Assembly (NCBI GenBank): GCA_963669175.1
Contig: OY769902.1
Span: forward strand, 1,568,001-1,632,000
Direction of reading: 5' to 3'
Origin: a bacterium
GTDB lineage: Bacteria; Electryoneota; Electryoneia; Electryoneales; Electryoneaceae
Length of the DNA stretch: 64,000 nt
Every line of letters begins with the position of its first letter. The stretch's first letter is position 1. Both the position numbers and the translations under genes were made by a program. Shown here piece by piece: positions 50,476-60,263 of the stretch. The notes below the pieces were generated by a model. It ran no database searches, was not told the origin of the DNA, and was given only the letters and a program-made list of their open reading frames with translations.

Positions 50476-50766
50476 ATGGATACCAAGAAAATATTGCAGC
50501 GTGCACTTGCTTATACAGAATCTCTTTCCGACGAGGATTGGGAAAAAGATTTCAGAGAGTTCTGTCCGGAGGTTGTCCCGCAGGAAGAAAGAAGTTCGCG
50601 TAGTCTTCGAAATGGAGTAAACCGGGTAAAAAGAGGTAAAACGAGAAATTCAAAGATTTCGAAAACCGGAAAAGGCCGATCAACATCAAGACACCTACAC
50701 GGATCTCCCGGAATCAGCGCCACGAATACAGCACATAAAACTCCGAAACGAAAAGCGACAGCATAA
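50476..50766 (+). CDS. Small hypothetical protein with acidic N-terminus and basic tail
   Basis: Strong RBS aaggaggt and a 1-nt gap after the upstream stop. Confidence 0.65.
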   Translation: MDTKKILQRALAYTESLSDEDWEKDFREFCPEVVPQEERSSRSLRNGVNRVKRGKTRNSKISKTGKGRSTSRHLHGSPGISATNTAHKTPKRKATA

Positions 50767-50794
50767 ATTTCGTCTCCAAAGGTTCATGGTTAAT

Positions 50795-50836
50795 AAAAAG
50801 AAAGACAGACGTATTCTCGCGTCTGTCTTTCTTTCT
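50795..50836. terminator. Bidirectional terminator
   Basis: aaaaagaaagacagacg...cgtctgtctttcttt between convergent genes. Confidence 0.75.
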
Positions 50837-50849
50837 CGTTCTGTTTCTT

Positions 50850-52706
50850 TCAGAGATTCTTTTCAAGTTCATCCACCAGAGTAGACAGCGCATCTGGCAC
50901 AGCGCGAATCACTTCCGGTTTTTCCAGATTCACACCGGCCTGTCGCAACTGTTCCATCGGATGATCACTGCCGCCGGAACCCAGTAACGTCAACACATCT
51001 TCTGCCGTCTTCTTGCGCTCGCCTGCGTCCTGCGATAGCAGACGCTGGTGCAATACCTGGCTGGAGGCGAAGCAGGTGGCGTACTGGTAAACATAATAGG
51101 GCGACCCGAAGAAATGCGGGATACGCGCCCAGGTAATCCGGTACAGGTCATCCAGTTCCAGCGCATCGCCGTAGTACTCCTGCAATAGCCCGAAATACAC
51201 TTCGCTCAAGGTATCCGCAGTAATCGGTATTCCCTCTTCGGCCAGCTTGTGTGCGCGTAACTCGTAATCCGCGAACATCACCTGCGTGAAGAACGTCCCG
51301 GTGATATTGTCAATCGCCTGTTGCAGCAGGACAATTTTCTCTTTCGAATCGGTCGAACGTGCCAGCATCAGGTCCAGCAACAGGGCTTCATTCAGGGTTG
51401 AGGCTACTTCCGCGACAAAGATGGTGTAGCTGTGGGTGGCGTAGGGCTGCTTTTCACCGGACAGCAAAGTGTGCATGCTGTGGCCCATCTCATGCGCCAC
51501 GGTAAACACATTGTCCAGGGTGTCGTTATAATTCAGCAGCATATAAGGATGCACGCCATATACGCCCGCCGAATACGCTCCGCTTCGTTTCCCTGTGTTC
51601 TCGTATACATCCACCCAGCCGCCGCCAAATGCTTTCCGCAGGCGTTTCTGGTAAGCCGTCCCCAACGGAGCAACCGACTCGATGATCATGTCCGAGATGG
51701 TATCATAGGGGTATTCTTTATCAAATTCGACCAACGGCAGGCTGCCGTCATACAGGTGGTATTCATCCAGTCCCATCAGTTTTTTACGCAGTTTCATGTA
51801 GCGCTGAACCGGGGCCGTATTTTTCCGTGTGGTCTTGATCAGGTTCTCATACACCCCGACCGGGATGTTGTTGCCATGCAACTTTGCTTCAAGGGTACTA
51901 CCGAAATTCCGTGCCTGCGCACTGGCCCAGTCACGCTGGCACACACCGTTGTAGATATTGGCAAACGTGTTCAGGCTTTTCTTAAACGAGGCAAAATGCG
52001 CTTCAAATGCTTTCCGGCGATCTTCCTGCTTTTTCAGGGTACGTAGCAGTTTGGTGTACTGAGCATACGAAACCGCGACCTTATCTCCAGTGGACAGCTC
52101 AGCGGTTTCGAACTTCATGTCGGCCGTGGAAAGCGCCTGGTAGATCTGAGAAGGCGTGGCCTTGAGCTGGCTGTAGTAGGATAGCAGACGTTCGCCGGTT
52201 TCATCCAGCACATGTTCACGGCTGCGATAGAGCTCACGGATCGGGAAAGCGTACGGTTCAAGTTCCGGGGTTTGCGCCAGCCACCATTCCATCTGGTCCT
52301 GCTTGATGGTCAAGAGTTCGGGATCGAACCACGCCGTCGCGGTGGAGAATCGAGCGAACAGGATTTGCACCTGCTGCATGCGAGCGTTGATGCTGTTGTC
52401 ACGCTGGTCGGTGTCATAGGTCAGGTGCGCATAGCTGAACACCTTGTCCGCCAGCATGCCCAGCTCATCACTGAGTTTGAAGGCTTCGAGGATTACTGAC
52501 GGCCCGGAGTCCAGTGCGCCACGGTACTGCTGGAACTTCTCCATCAGCTCTTCGATCTTCTTCAGGTCTGCATCCCATTCTTCCCAGCCGGGATAAATGT
52601 GGTCGAGCTTCCACTTGTAGCGTTTATCTATCTCTGCGCGTTCTTTGGTGTCGCCAGTGGCGGAATCTGTATCGAAAAAGGTTCTGTTCGCTGGTTCGAA
52701 TCGCAT
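50850..52706 (-). CDS. pepF: Oligoendopeptidase F (M3B)
   Basis: W.L..IY, GKRSGAYS, HEMGHSMH, FVAEVAS, WARIPHF..YYVYQYA. Confidence 0.95.
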   Translation of the reverse strand: MRFEPANRTFFDTDSATGDTKERAEIDKRYKWKLDHIYPGWEEWDADLKKIEELMEKFQQYRGALDSGPSVILEAFKLSDELGMLADKVFSYAHLTYDTDQRDNSINARMQQVQILFARFSTATAWFDPELLTIKQDQMEWWLAQTPELEPYAFPIRELYRSREHVLDETGERLLSYYSQLKATPSQIYQALSTADMKFETAELSTGDKVAVSYAQYTKLLRTLKKQEDRRKAFEAHFASFKKSLNTFANIYNGVCQRDWASAQARNFGSTLEAKLHGNNIPVGVYENLIKTTRKNTAPVQRYMKLRKKLMGLDEYHLYDGSLPLVEFDKEYPYDTISDMIIESVAPLGTAYQKRLRKAFGGGWVDVYENTGKRSGAYSAGVYGVHPYMLLNYNDTLDNVFTVAHEMGHSMHTLLSGEKQPYATHSYTIFVAEVASTLNEALLLDLMLARSTDSKEKIVLLQQAIDNITGTFFTQVMFADYELRAHKLAEEGIPITADTLSEVYFGLLQEYYGDALELDDLYRITWARIPHFFGSPYYVYQYATCFASSQVLHQRLLSQDAGERKKTAEDVLTLLGSGGSDHPMEQLRQAGVNLEKPEVIRAVPDALSTLVDELEKNL

Positions 52707-52846
52707 CTGTTGTTCCTTCTGGTTCAGGTTGACGATTCAAAGTATCTGCCTCCCCGTCGTCGGGCAAGGGATATCTCTATTGACAGGAGAGCGGCCTGTT
52801 TCGGACATTGCAACAAACCCGGTCACCTGACTTGGAGCTGTTCCGG

Positions 52847-53626
52847 ATGTTACAGTCGAAGCGTACTGTCCTCATCATACTCGTTGCCCTGCTGCAGATG
52901 TTCCTGTTCATGCAGGTTTCTGTCGCCCAGGAGGCGCCTGCGACTGTACCTGGACAGCCCGCCACTCCGCAAACGCTTACCCCTGCGCCACTGGTACAGT
53001 GGATTTTACAGGGACGCACCCGTTTGATCCAGCAACGTCTGCAGATGAACCGTTGGCCAATCGGTACCCCGGAACGCAGTCTCGCGCAGGCCGTTCTCGA
53101 ACCTGACGGTAACAAGGCCTTTTCCCAGTTCAAAGCGTTGTCACGTTCACCGTCTGTCAGTGATTCCATTGTGACTGTCGCCTGGTTTCATTTGTATGGC
53201 TATTATCGTTTGAAGGGTGACGCCGCCGGGCAGACCAATGCGCTGGAGATGATGCGTGAAAATCTGCCACTTGCCCAGGCTTTGTTTCAGGGACCGTTGC
53301 CGCCACCTCCCTCAACCGACCCGCTCGACTTCCTGATGCACGAAGACGAGAGTACAATACAACCCGACCCCGATGCGGGCCGAGATCCCAACGGCGTCTA
53401 CAGCCTTCAACTGGGAGCGTTCAGCAGTCAGGCCAATGCGGAACGGTTCGCCTCTTCCAGACGTTCCCTCGGGATAGAGGTCTTTGTCCATCCTGTTCCA
53501 CGAGGTTCCTCAACCCTCTACACTGTCCGTGCCGGGCACTTCACCACGGAATCCCAGGCGTTGGAGTTCGGTACCAGGCGAATCGGTACCGCGGGAAAGG
53601 ATTTTTCGGTGGTAAGAAATCATTGA
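52847..53626 (+). CDS. SPOR domain-containing protein
   Basis: Signal peptide; YSLQLGAFSSQANA..YTVRAG. Confidence 0.85.
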   Translation: MLQSKRTVLIILVALLQMFLFMQVSVAQEAPATVPGQPATPQTLTPAPLVQWILQGRTRLIQQRLQMNRWPIGTPERSLAQAVLEPDGNKAFSQFKALSRSPSVSDSIVTVAWFHLYGYYRLKGDAAGQTNALEMMRENLPLAQALFQGPLPPPPSTDPLDFLMHEDESTIQPDPDAGRDPNGVYSLQLGAFSSQANAERFASSRRSLGIEVFVHPVPRGSSTLYTVRAGHFTTESQALEFGTRRIGTAGKDFSVVRNH

Positions 53627-53717
53627 TACTTCCACTATTCCTCTTGATTCATTCCTCTCGTAATACATAGTTTGAAATAGTGTATCCTGTTATATACTTC
53701 GCAAAATGGGGGTAATC

Positions 53718-54323
53718 ATGTCACGCATGCGTTTACTGCTTGCCACAGCGCTATTCCTTTTCCTGTCTCTTATCCTTGCCGGTTGTGACGGCGATGACGA
53801 CGTTCAGGAAATTTACATCGACCCCTTCCAGGCACAGGTGGGTTCTTCCTGGACCTATGAGATCAACAGGGATTCCGAGACCCATCGCATAAGGCCGCTG
53901 ATCCAGGTGGCGGAGGTTGAGTATGCGGACGGGATCAAAGTTTATCATTATGACACTTCAGGCGAATATGTAAACTACTGGGATGAAGAGGGTCTGCACG
54001 AATCGATCACTCCCCCGGATTCCACTCCCGATGTCGATGGCGGTTGGGCGAACTGGTTTTTCAAATACCCGGTAGAAGCTGGGGAGACCTGGGAATGCTT
54101 CAGCGATCCCGGCCCCTACAACACGACCTGTGTCTCGGCGGGTACATCGGTGACAGTTCCCTACGGAACTGTCGAGAATTGCCTGCTTTACCGTATTGAT
54201 AGCCGCAATTCTTATGAAGAGTATGTCTGGATTAAACCGGATATCGGCATTATCAAGCGTGCCTTTTACAGCAGCGACGGTGAGAATACGACAAATATGA
54301 GCCTGGTTTCTTTTTCGTTATAA
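53718..54323 (+). CDS. Hypothetical lipoprotein (W.YE...VTVPYG.F...W..P.IG family)
   Basis: Lipobox LAGC; paralogous to the downstream gene. Confidence 0.8.
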   Translation: MSRMRLLLATALFLFLSLILAGCDGDDDVQEIYIDPFQAQVGSSWTYEINRDSETHRIRPLIQVAEVEYADGIKVYHYDTSGEYVNYWDEEGLHESITPPDSTPDVDGGWANWFFKYPVEAGETWECFSDPGPYNTTCVSAGTSVTVPYGTVENCLLYRIDSRNSYEEYVWIKPDIGIIKRAFYSSDGENTTNMSLVSFSL

Positions 54324-54396
54324 CGAGGTGTGTTGATGAAAACGGGACAGACCACTTGCAGGTCTGTCGCTGTTTTACACTAAAAAGGGGGTAATT

Positions 54397-55007
54397 ATAC
54401 CACACAATCGTCTGCTGCCTGTCGGAATTATCCTGCTTCTCCTCATCTTGGCCGGATGTGATAATTCCACAGATTCTTCTGATTCTATTGAGTATGTGAG
54501 CCGTTTGATGCCCGGGTGGGGGCGTATTGGACCTACGAAATCAGCCCGGATATTCCCCTCGATGCGCGTATTCACCCTACGGTTAAAGTTGAATCCATTG
54601 TCTATCGTGGTGATACCAAGTATTACCACTATGACACTGCCGGACGGTACTGGAATTGCTGGGATGGAGAAGGCTTACAGGAAAATATTTCGCCACCGGA
54701 CTCTTTGGAAGAGATTGTAGTGGGAGGGTGGAAGAACTGGTATTTCAAGTACCCGACCGAAGAAGGCGAAAGCTGGGAAGGATTCGGATATGGTGGCCCA
54801 TACGACATCGGTTGTATCGCTGCTGATGTTTCAGTAACAGTTCCCTACGGTACTATCGATCATTGTTTCGTGTACCGGTCCCTTCACTCTGGTCAATACG
54901 TGGAAGATGTCTGGATTCAGCCAGCGATCGGAATCGTCAAACGCCATATGGTTTTCCGTGATAGCGACCTGGTTGTTGACGTGAAGTTGGTGGATTATGC
55001 GTTGTGA
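54397..55007 (+). pseudogene. Disrupted paralogue of the upstream lipoprotein (ATA start, frameshift near 54497)
   Basis: ggggtaatt ATA where the paralogue has ggggtaatc ATG; LAGC lipobox; restoring one base gives IEYVEPFDARVGAYWTYE, matching EIYIDPFQAQVGSSWTYE. Confidence 0.8.
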
Positions 55008-55189
55008 GGCCGGAAATCTGACGTGAAGGATGTGCCTGGTATTATTGTATCAACCGCAGTGAAATATCATGACGAGCAGGTTCCGGACAACACCAGGCGA
55101 CATCGTTTCCGGGATGAAATAGCTACTCTTGAAAATTAACCGTCATGAGATAATCCAATGAACGATTCATAAGTGATAGGGGAGGAGCA

Positions 55190-55423
55190 TATGGAAAAAT
55201 GGGACAGTTTCCTTTCCCTGGGATCAAGTCGTTCCGCTGTATTTATAGTTCGGGAAAGGTGACTGTACCCTTTTTCTTGAGAGCAGGCAGGAAGTACACG
55301 GAAAAGGTGACAGTTTCCTTTTCCAGGAATACTTCACGAATATTCTGCATAAGCGCGAGGAAAAGGATCCCGTCCCCTTTTCCCGGCCAGCTCAGTTATG
55401 ACGGAATAAAATCGAGAACAGCT
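55190..55423 (-). repeat. Family A palindromic element, full inverted copy
   Basis: Reverse complement matches 6403-6636. Confidence 0.9.
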
Positions 55424-55465
55424 AAATAACGCCCCATTCTTTTTCTTCCGGAAACATTCTCACTC

Positions 55466-55494
55466 TTGACCTCTACAGGTAAAATAGATAGAAT
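55466..55494 (+). promoter_or_regulatory. Putative sigma70 promoter of the RecQ-DprA operon
   Basis: TTGACC-N17-TAGAAT. Confidence 0.6.
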
Positions 55495-55540
55495 TGAAGT
55501 ATTCTGAATGTTGTTGGATGAGTGATACTCGTATCAGGAG

Positions 55541-57625
55541 GTGGTAATGAGCGTCCCTGTTTCTGAGGCAGACGCTTTACAGCTTCTCAGAAGATCTCTT
55601 GAAAATCCCACCGCATCCTTCCGGCAGGGCCAACGGGAAAGTATCCAGGCACTGTTGCAGGGCAAACGTCTCCTCGTCGTCCAGCGTACCGGCTGGGGGA
55701 AAAGCATGGTCTATTTTCTGGCAACCCGTCTGCTCCGTGATCGTAACTCTGGTCCCACTCTGTTAATATCTCCCCTCTTGTCCCTGATGCGTAACCAGAT
55801 TCAGGCGGCAGAACGTATTGGTATCCGTGCCGCTTCTATCAACTCCAATAACAATGACGACTGGCAGGAGATCACCGATGAACTGTTGGGAAATCACATT
55901 GATATTCTGTTGATCTCGCCCGAACGACTGGCAAACGAGAAATTCCGGCAAACGGTATTGCAGGCAATCGCAAACAAAATCGGTCTCTTTGTTGTGGATG
56001 AAGCGCACTGTATCAGTGATTGGGGACATGATTTTCGTCCCGACTACAAGCGTATTGTGCGTGTTCTGCAAATCCTCCCAGATACAATTCCTGTACTTGC
56101 GACAACAGCCACTGCCAACAATCGTGTTGTGGAAGATGTAGCCCGTCAATTGGGCAACCTCGACGTCATTCGAGGGCCGTTGATCCGTGAGAGCCTGCGT
56201 CTTCAAAATATCATGATGCCGAATAAGGCTGCACGGATGGCCTGGCTGGCGGAAGTCCTGCCACAAGTTGAGGGAAGCGGTATTGTATATACCCTGACTA
56301 TCCGCGATGCGGAACGAGTCGCTGAGTGGCTGCGGTTAAATGACATCAATGCCGTGGCTTATCATTCAAAAAGCCTGGAAGACCGGGAAGAGCTTGAGCA
56401 GAGATTACTTCGAAATGATATCAAAGTCCTGGTCGCTACTGTGGCGCTGGGAATGGGGTTTGACAAGCCTGACCTGTCTTTTGTTATTCATTTTCAGCGC
56501 CCTGGCTCAGTTGTCCATTATTATCAGCAGGTTGGACGTGCGGGGCGAGCTGTTGATCACGCTTTCGGGATACTCCTGGGCGGCGAAGAGGATCAGGAGA
56601 TTACGGACTATTTCATTAAAAACGCGTTTCCTCCCCAGGTTCATGTGGAGAAGATCTTGAAAGCTCTGGATAGTGCCGAAGATGGATTATCCATAAATGA
56701 AATGCAGCAACACATGAATCTGTCATTCGGGCAAATAAACAAAGTCCTGTCCCTGCTGGTTGTGGAGGAGGTGTCTCCTGTATACAAAGATGGACACAAA
56801 TGGTATCGTACCCCAACAGAATATCAATTGAATACTCAACAGATTGAAGCGCTGACCGAGTTGCGTCATGCCGAGCAACATCAAATGCAGCAGTACATGG
56901 AATGTCCAACATGCCTGATGCGATTCATGGCCAGCGCTCTTGACGATCCTTATGCTTCAACCTGCGGAAAATGTGAACCTTGCATGGGGCACCCGTTATT
57001 GCCACTGGATGCCGACGAGCGTTTAACCAATCGCGCCACCATATTCCTGAAGCGTAGCCACCAGGTCATTCAGCCACGCCAGCGATGGTTGTACAAGTTC
57101 AGCAGGCATGACTGGAAAGGCACAATTCCGGAGGAGCTGCGTGCAGAACCTGGCATGGCGTTATCCCTGTGGGGGGATGCCGGGTGGGGAACCCACGTTC
57201 GCAACGGTAAGTACCGGGACAACAGGTTCAGCGATCTGCTCGTGGATGCTTGTGTTGAAATGATTCAGAAATGGAGTCCTAAACCTTTCCCCGGATGGGT
57301 CACCTGCGTTCCTTCATTATTGCACCCGGAACTGGTGCCTGATTGTGCCAGGCGACTTGCGGCAAAATTGAACTTGCCCTTCCTTCCCTGTGTGCAGAAA
57401 AAGGCTGTGAATGCTCCCCAGAAACAGATGGTAAACAGCTTTCAACAGGCGAAAAATCTTGATGGCGTGTTTGACGTGCAGGGACTTGTCCCCGATGGGA
57501 GCGTCTTTCTCTTCGATGATATGGTAGATTCGGGGTGGACAATGACCGTGATATCCGCTTTATTACGTGAAAGTGGAAGCGGACCTGTTTTCCCGCTTGC
57601 GTTGGCTTTGGATTCCCAAACATGA
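55541..57625 (+). CDS. RecQ family helicase fused to a C-terminal phosphoribosyltransferase-like domain
   Basis: TGWGKS, DEAHCISDWGHDFRPDY, TATA, MGFDKPD, QQVGRAGR, Zn motif C..CGKCEPC; LFDDMVDSGWT PRPP-loop. Confidence 0.9.
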   Translation: MVMSVPVSEADALQLLRRSLENPTASFRQGQRESIQALLQGKRLLVVQRTGWGKSMVYFLATRLLRDRNSGPTLLISPLLSLMRNQIQAAERIGIRAASINSNNNDDWQEITDELLGNHIDILLISPERLANEKFRQTVLQAIANKIGLFVVDEAHCISDWGHDFRPDYKRIVRVLQILPDTIPVLATTATANNRVVEDVARQLGNLDVIRGPLIRESLRLQNIMMPNKAARMAWLAEVLPQVEGSGIVYTLTIRDAERVAEWLRLNDINAVAYHSKSLEDREELEQRLLRNDIKVLVATVALGMGFDKPDLSFVIHFQRPGSVVHYYQQVGRAGRAVDHAFGILLGGEEDQEITDYFIKNAFPPQVHVEKILKALDSAEDGLSINEMQQHMNLSFGQINKVLSLLVVEEVSPVYKDGHKWYRTPTEYQLNTQQIEALTELRHAEQHQMQQYMECPTCLMRFMASALDDPYASTCGKCEPCMGHPLLPLDADERLTNRATIFLKRSHQVIQPRQRWLYKFSRHDWKGTIPEELRAEPGMALSLWGDAGWGTHVRNGKYRDNRFSDLLVDACVEMIQKWSPKPFPGWVTCVPSLLHPELVPDCARRLAAKLNLPFLPCVQKKAVNAPQKQMVNSFQQAKNLDGVFDVQGLVPDGSVFLFDDMVDSGWTMTVISALLRESGSGPVFPLALALDSQT

Positions 57626-58629
57626 ATGGAAGGTGGATGAGCACAACAGCGTTGACCAAAGACAGTAAAGCCATTCTTCTGTTATGCGGCGTGTTTGGCG
57701 GCAAGAGTGACCGTGATGGCAGCAAACCGCTCACGAACACAGAATACAACAAAGTTGCCGCTTTGCTGGTGTCACATCAACTTTCACCGAAAGACCTGCT
57801 GGATACGGGAACGCTTGAAGACTTGCAGCTAGATCTGGATCGTTCAGTAGGATACTCCCGAATTGTGGATTTACTTGCTCGTGGTGCAACCCTTGCTTTC
57901 GCGCTTGAGACCTGGATGAATAAGGGAATCTGGATTCTTACCCGAAGCGATTCCGCCTATCCCGAAGCTTTAAGGACACGTTTGGGCAATGCCAGCCCGC
58001 CTATTCTCTATGGTGTTGGGGATCTGGCCTTGATCAATCAGGAAGGATTGGCCGTTGTCGGCTCTCGAAATGTGGATGAGGCAGGCGAACAGTACACGGC
58101 GGAAATAGGACAATTCTGCGCAAGCCGCGATGTTTCCATCATTTCCGGTGGGGCTCGTGGTGTAGATCAGGTTGCCATGCTGGCGGCTCTGAACAGTCGG
58201 GGGACTGCTGTAGGCGTAGTGGCTGACAGTCTGCTGAAAACAGCCGTGGCAGGGAAATTTCGAGATGCCATCATGGATAAACGGCTCTTGTTGCTTTCAC
58301 CTTACAACCCGGATGCGCGCTTTACAGTCGGCAACGCGATGGGGCGGAATAGATACATTTATGCGCTGTCCCAATTTGCTCTGATCATCAGCGCTGAGAA
58401 GAACAGCGGTGGCACATGGGCCGGCGCTTCAGAAGAATTAAAACGCCCCAACGGGATTAGCGTCTTTGTTCGATCTGAAGGGAAAATGCCTAACGGGAAC
58501 GATGCTCTGATTGCACTGGGGGCGTATCCATTCCCCGCACGTCCCTGGGATGACTCGCTGTTCTCCACGCTCAAGAACATGAATAATGATCGCGGAAACA
58601 AATTTGAACAAACCTCCCTGTTTGATTAA
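57622..58629 (+). CDS. dprA: DprA/SMF (SLOG) family protein
   Basis: YP..L..PPILY..G, AVVGSR, ISGGARGVD, RNRYIYALS, GGTW.GA; ATGA overlap with the helicase stop. Confidence 0.88.
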   Translation: MNGRWMSTTALTKDSKAILLLCGVFGGKSDRDGSKPLTNTEYNKVAALLVSHQLSPKDLLDTGTLEDLQLDLDRSVGYSRIVDLLARGATLAFALETWMNKGIWILTRSDSAYPEALRTRLGNASPPILYGVGDLALINQEGLAVVGSRNVDEAGEQYTAEIGQFCASRDVSIISGGARGVDQVAMLAALNSRGTAVGVVADSLLKTAVAGKFRDAIMDKRLLLLSPYNPDARFTVGNAMGRNRYIYALSQFALIISAEKNSGGTWAGASEELKRPNGISVFVRSEGKMPNGNDALIALGAYPFPARPWDDSLFSTLKNMNNDRGNKFEQTSLFD

Positions 58630-58779
58630 TCCTCATATCTCGCAAATCTCGTAGTTGGGCAACCCGCTGCCGGATTGATTAGGAGGAAAGCTTTTCCTGT
58701 CGTGTTCTCAAAATGCACACTGAACCTGCATGGTTAGCGCCCCTTCGTGTGTGTGGAGGAGTATCTACGGAGTGGCGGC

Positions 58780-59025
58780 GAAAAATGGGACTGCTACCTT
58801 TTCATCTTTGTCAAATCAGGATGTTGAATAGTGCGTTTCCGAAAAGGTAGCTGTACCGGATTTTTCGCCAGCTTGTTGTTCGATATCCGCAGGAAAATCC
58901 TGGGACAGCTACCTTTTCTGCCATTCTCTTGCCAGAAGAACGGTAATCATATTTATAAGCGGGCATTGACCTTGTTCTCAAGGAACTCTCTTGCAGAAAA
59001 GTGTAGCAGTCCCGATTTTCCGACG
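58780..59025. repeat. Four-unit palindromic element related to family A (single unit also at ~61646-61675)
   Basis: aaaatgggactgctaccttttc; gaaaaggtagctgtacc; gggacagctaccttttc; gaaaagtgtagcagtcccgatttt. Confidence 0.75.
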
Positions 59026-59104
59026 GATTTGGCCGCGTAGTTCAATCCATTCAGGGACGGTAATGACATAATGCGGCGCTGTTCATTTTGTATTCGGGCA
59101 GGGC

Positions 59105-59143
59105 AAAAAAGCCCCATCCGGACACTGAACATACCGGATGGGA
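59105..59143 (-). terminator. Rho-independent terminator of rsgA
   Basis: aaaaaag-cccatccgg...ccggatggg. Confidence 0.75.
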
Positions 59144-59189
59144 CTTAGTGTTTACCAGGAACGAATGATGAATCAAGATTACTGCGAAA

Positions 59190-60263
59190 TTATCTTGACC
59201 TCTTCATTCGCCGGATCAGCTCACCCTCTTTTTTCAACTGTCCCCACACCTTTTCAGACTGTTTCCGCAAGTGTGCGTCATGGCGGATTTCAAAGGCGCG
59301 GGATTCATGCTGAAGCTTCAGATAGTTGTCCAGTCGTTCGGGATCGAGATCTCCATTGTCTACCGCAGTACGCACGGCGCAGCCCGGTTCGGATTCGTGG
59401 GAACAATCAGCAAACCGACACTTCACCGCCAGTTTTTCGATATCAGGAAACGCCGACTCGATTCCGGCTTCTTCCATGAGTTGCAGTTCACGCATGCCCG
59501 GAGTGTCAATCACCATTCCGCCATCGGGCAGGACAAACAGCTCACGGTGTGTCGTGGTATGGCGACCTTTCTGATCGCCTTCACGAACAGCGTTGGTTGC
59601 CAGACGCTGCTCACCGATAAGAGCGTTGATCATGGTGGACTTGCCGACACCCGAAGAACCGACAAAACAGGCGGTTTGACCGGACGGTATACGTGATCGT
59701 ATCGTCGCAATATCATCCTGATTCAAGGCGCTGACCAGCAACGCCTCCACACCGGGATTGCGCAGTTCAATGTCATACTGCTTTTCCGGACCGTCTTCAC
59801 ATTGATCCGCCTTGTTCAGCAACACCACCGGAGTTGCGCCACTGCTCCATACCATGGACAGGTAGCGTTCTATCCGGTTCAGACTGAAATCGGCATCCAG
59901 TGAAGTTGTGATGAAAACGGTGTCGATATTGGCCGCGATGACCTGGCTCCGGGTTTCATGACCACTGGCGCCACGCCGTAATACGGTTCTGCGCTCCAGG
60001 ATACGTTCAATCCGAACAGGATTGCCAGCCTCCAGCGAAGCAGCCAGCACAACCCAGTCCCCGACCTTCGGCAGGAGTTCATCGTTGCCGACGGTGGCTG
60101 TTTTTGACGGGAACAAGACCGGGCCTGTTCCTTCTTCTGAAATGCCGACACAACGGTCGCGGTGAACGGCTATGATACGCGCAATACGTGAACCGGTGAA
60201 ATCTTCCTCGTTTAACTGTATACTGAAAAACGCACTAAAACCCAAATCCTGAAGAGAATTCAT
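59190..60263 (-). CDS. rsgA: Ribosome small subunit-dependent GTPase A
   Basis: ANID, NKAD, GSSGVGKS, GRHTTT, DTPG, CRFADCSH..EPGC. Confidence 0.95.
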   Translation of the reverse strand: MNSLQDLGFSAFFSIQLNEEDFTGSRIARIIAVHRDRCVGISEEGTGPVLFPSKTATVGNDELLPKVGDWVVLAASLEAGNPVRIERILERRTVLRRGASGHETRSQVIAANIDTVFITTSLDADFSLNRIERYLSMVWSSGATPVVLLNKADQCEDGPEKQYDIELRNPGVEALLVSALNQDDIATIRSRIPSGQTACFVGSSGVGKSTMINALIGEQRLATNAVREGDQKGRHTTTHRELFVLPDGGMVIDTPGMRELQLMEEAGIESAFPDIEKLAVKCRFADCSHESEPGCAVRTAVDNGDLDPERLDNYLKLQHESRAFEIRHDAHLRKQSEKVWGQLKKEGELIRRMKRSR

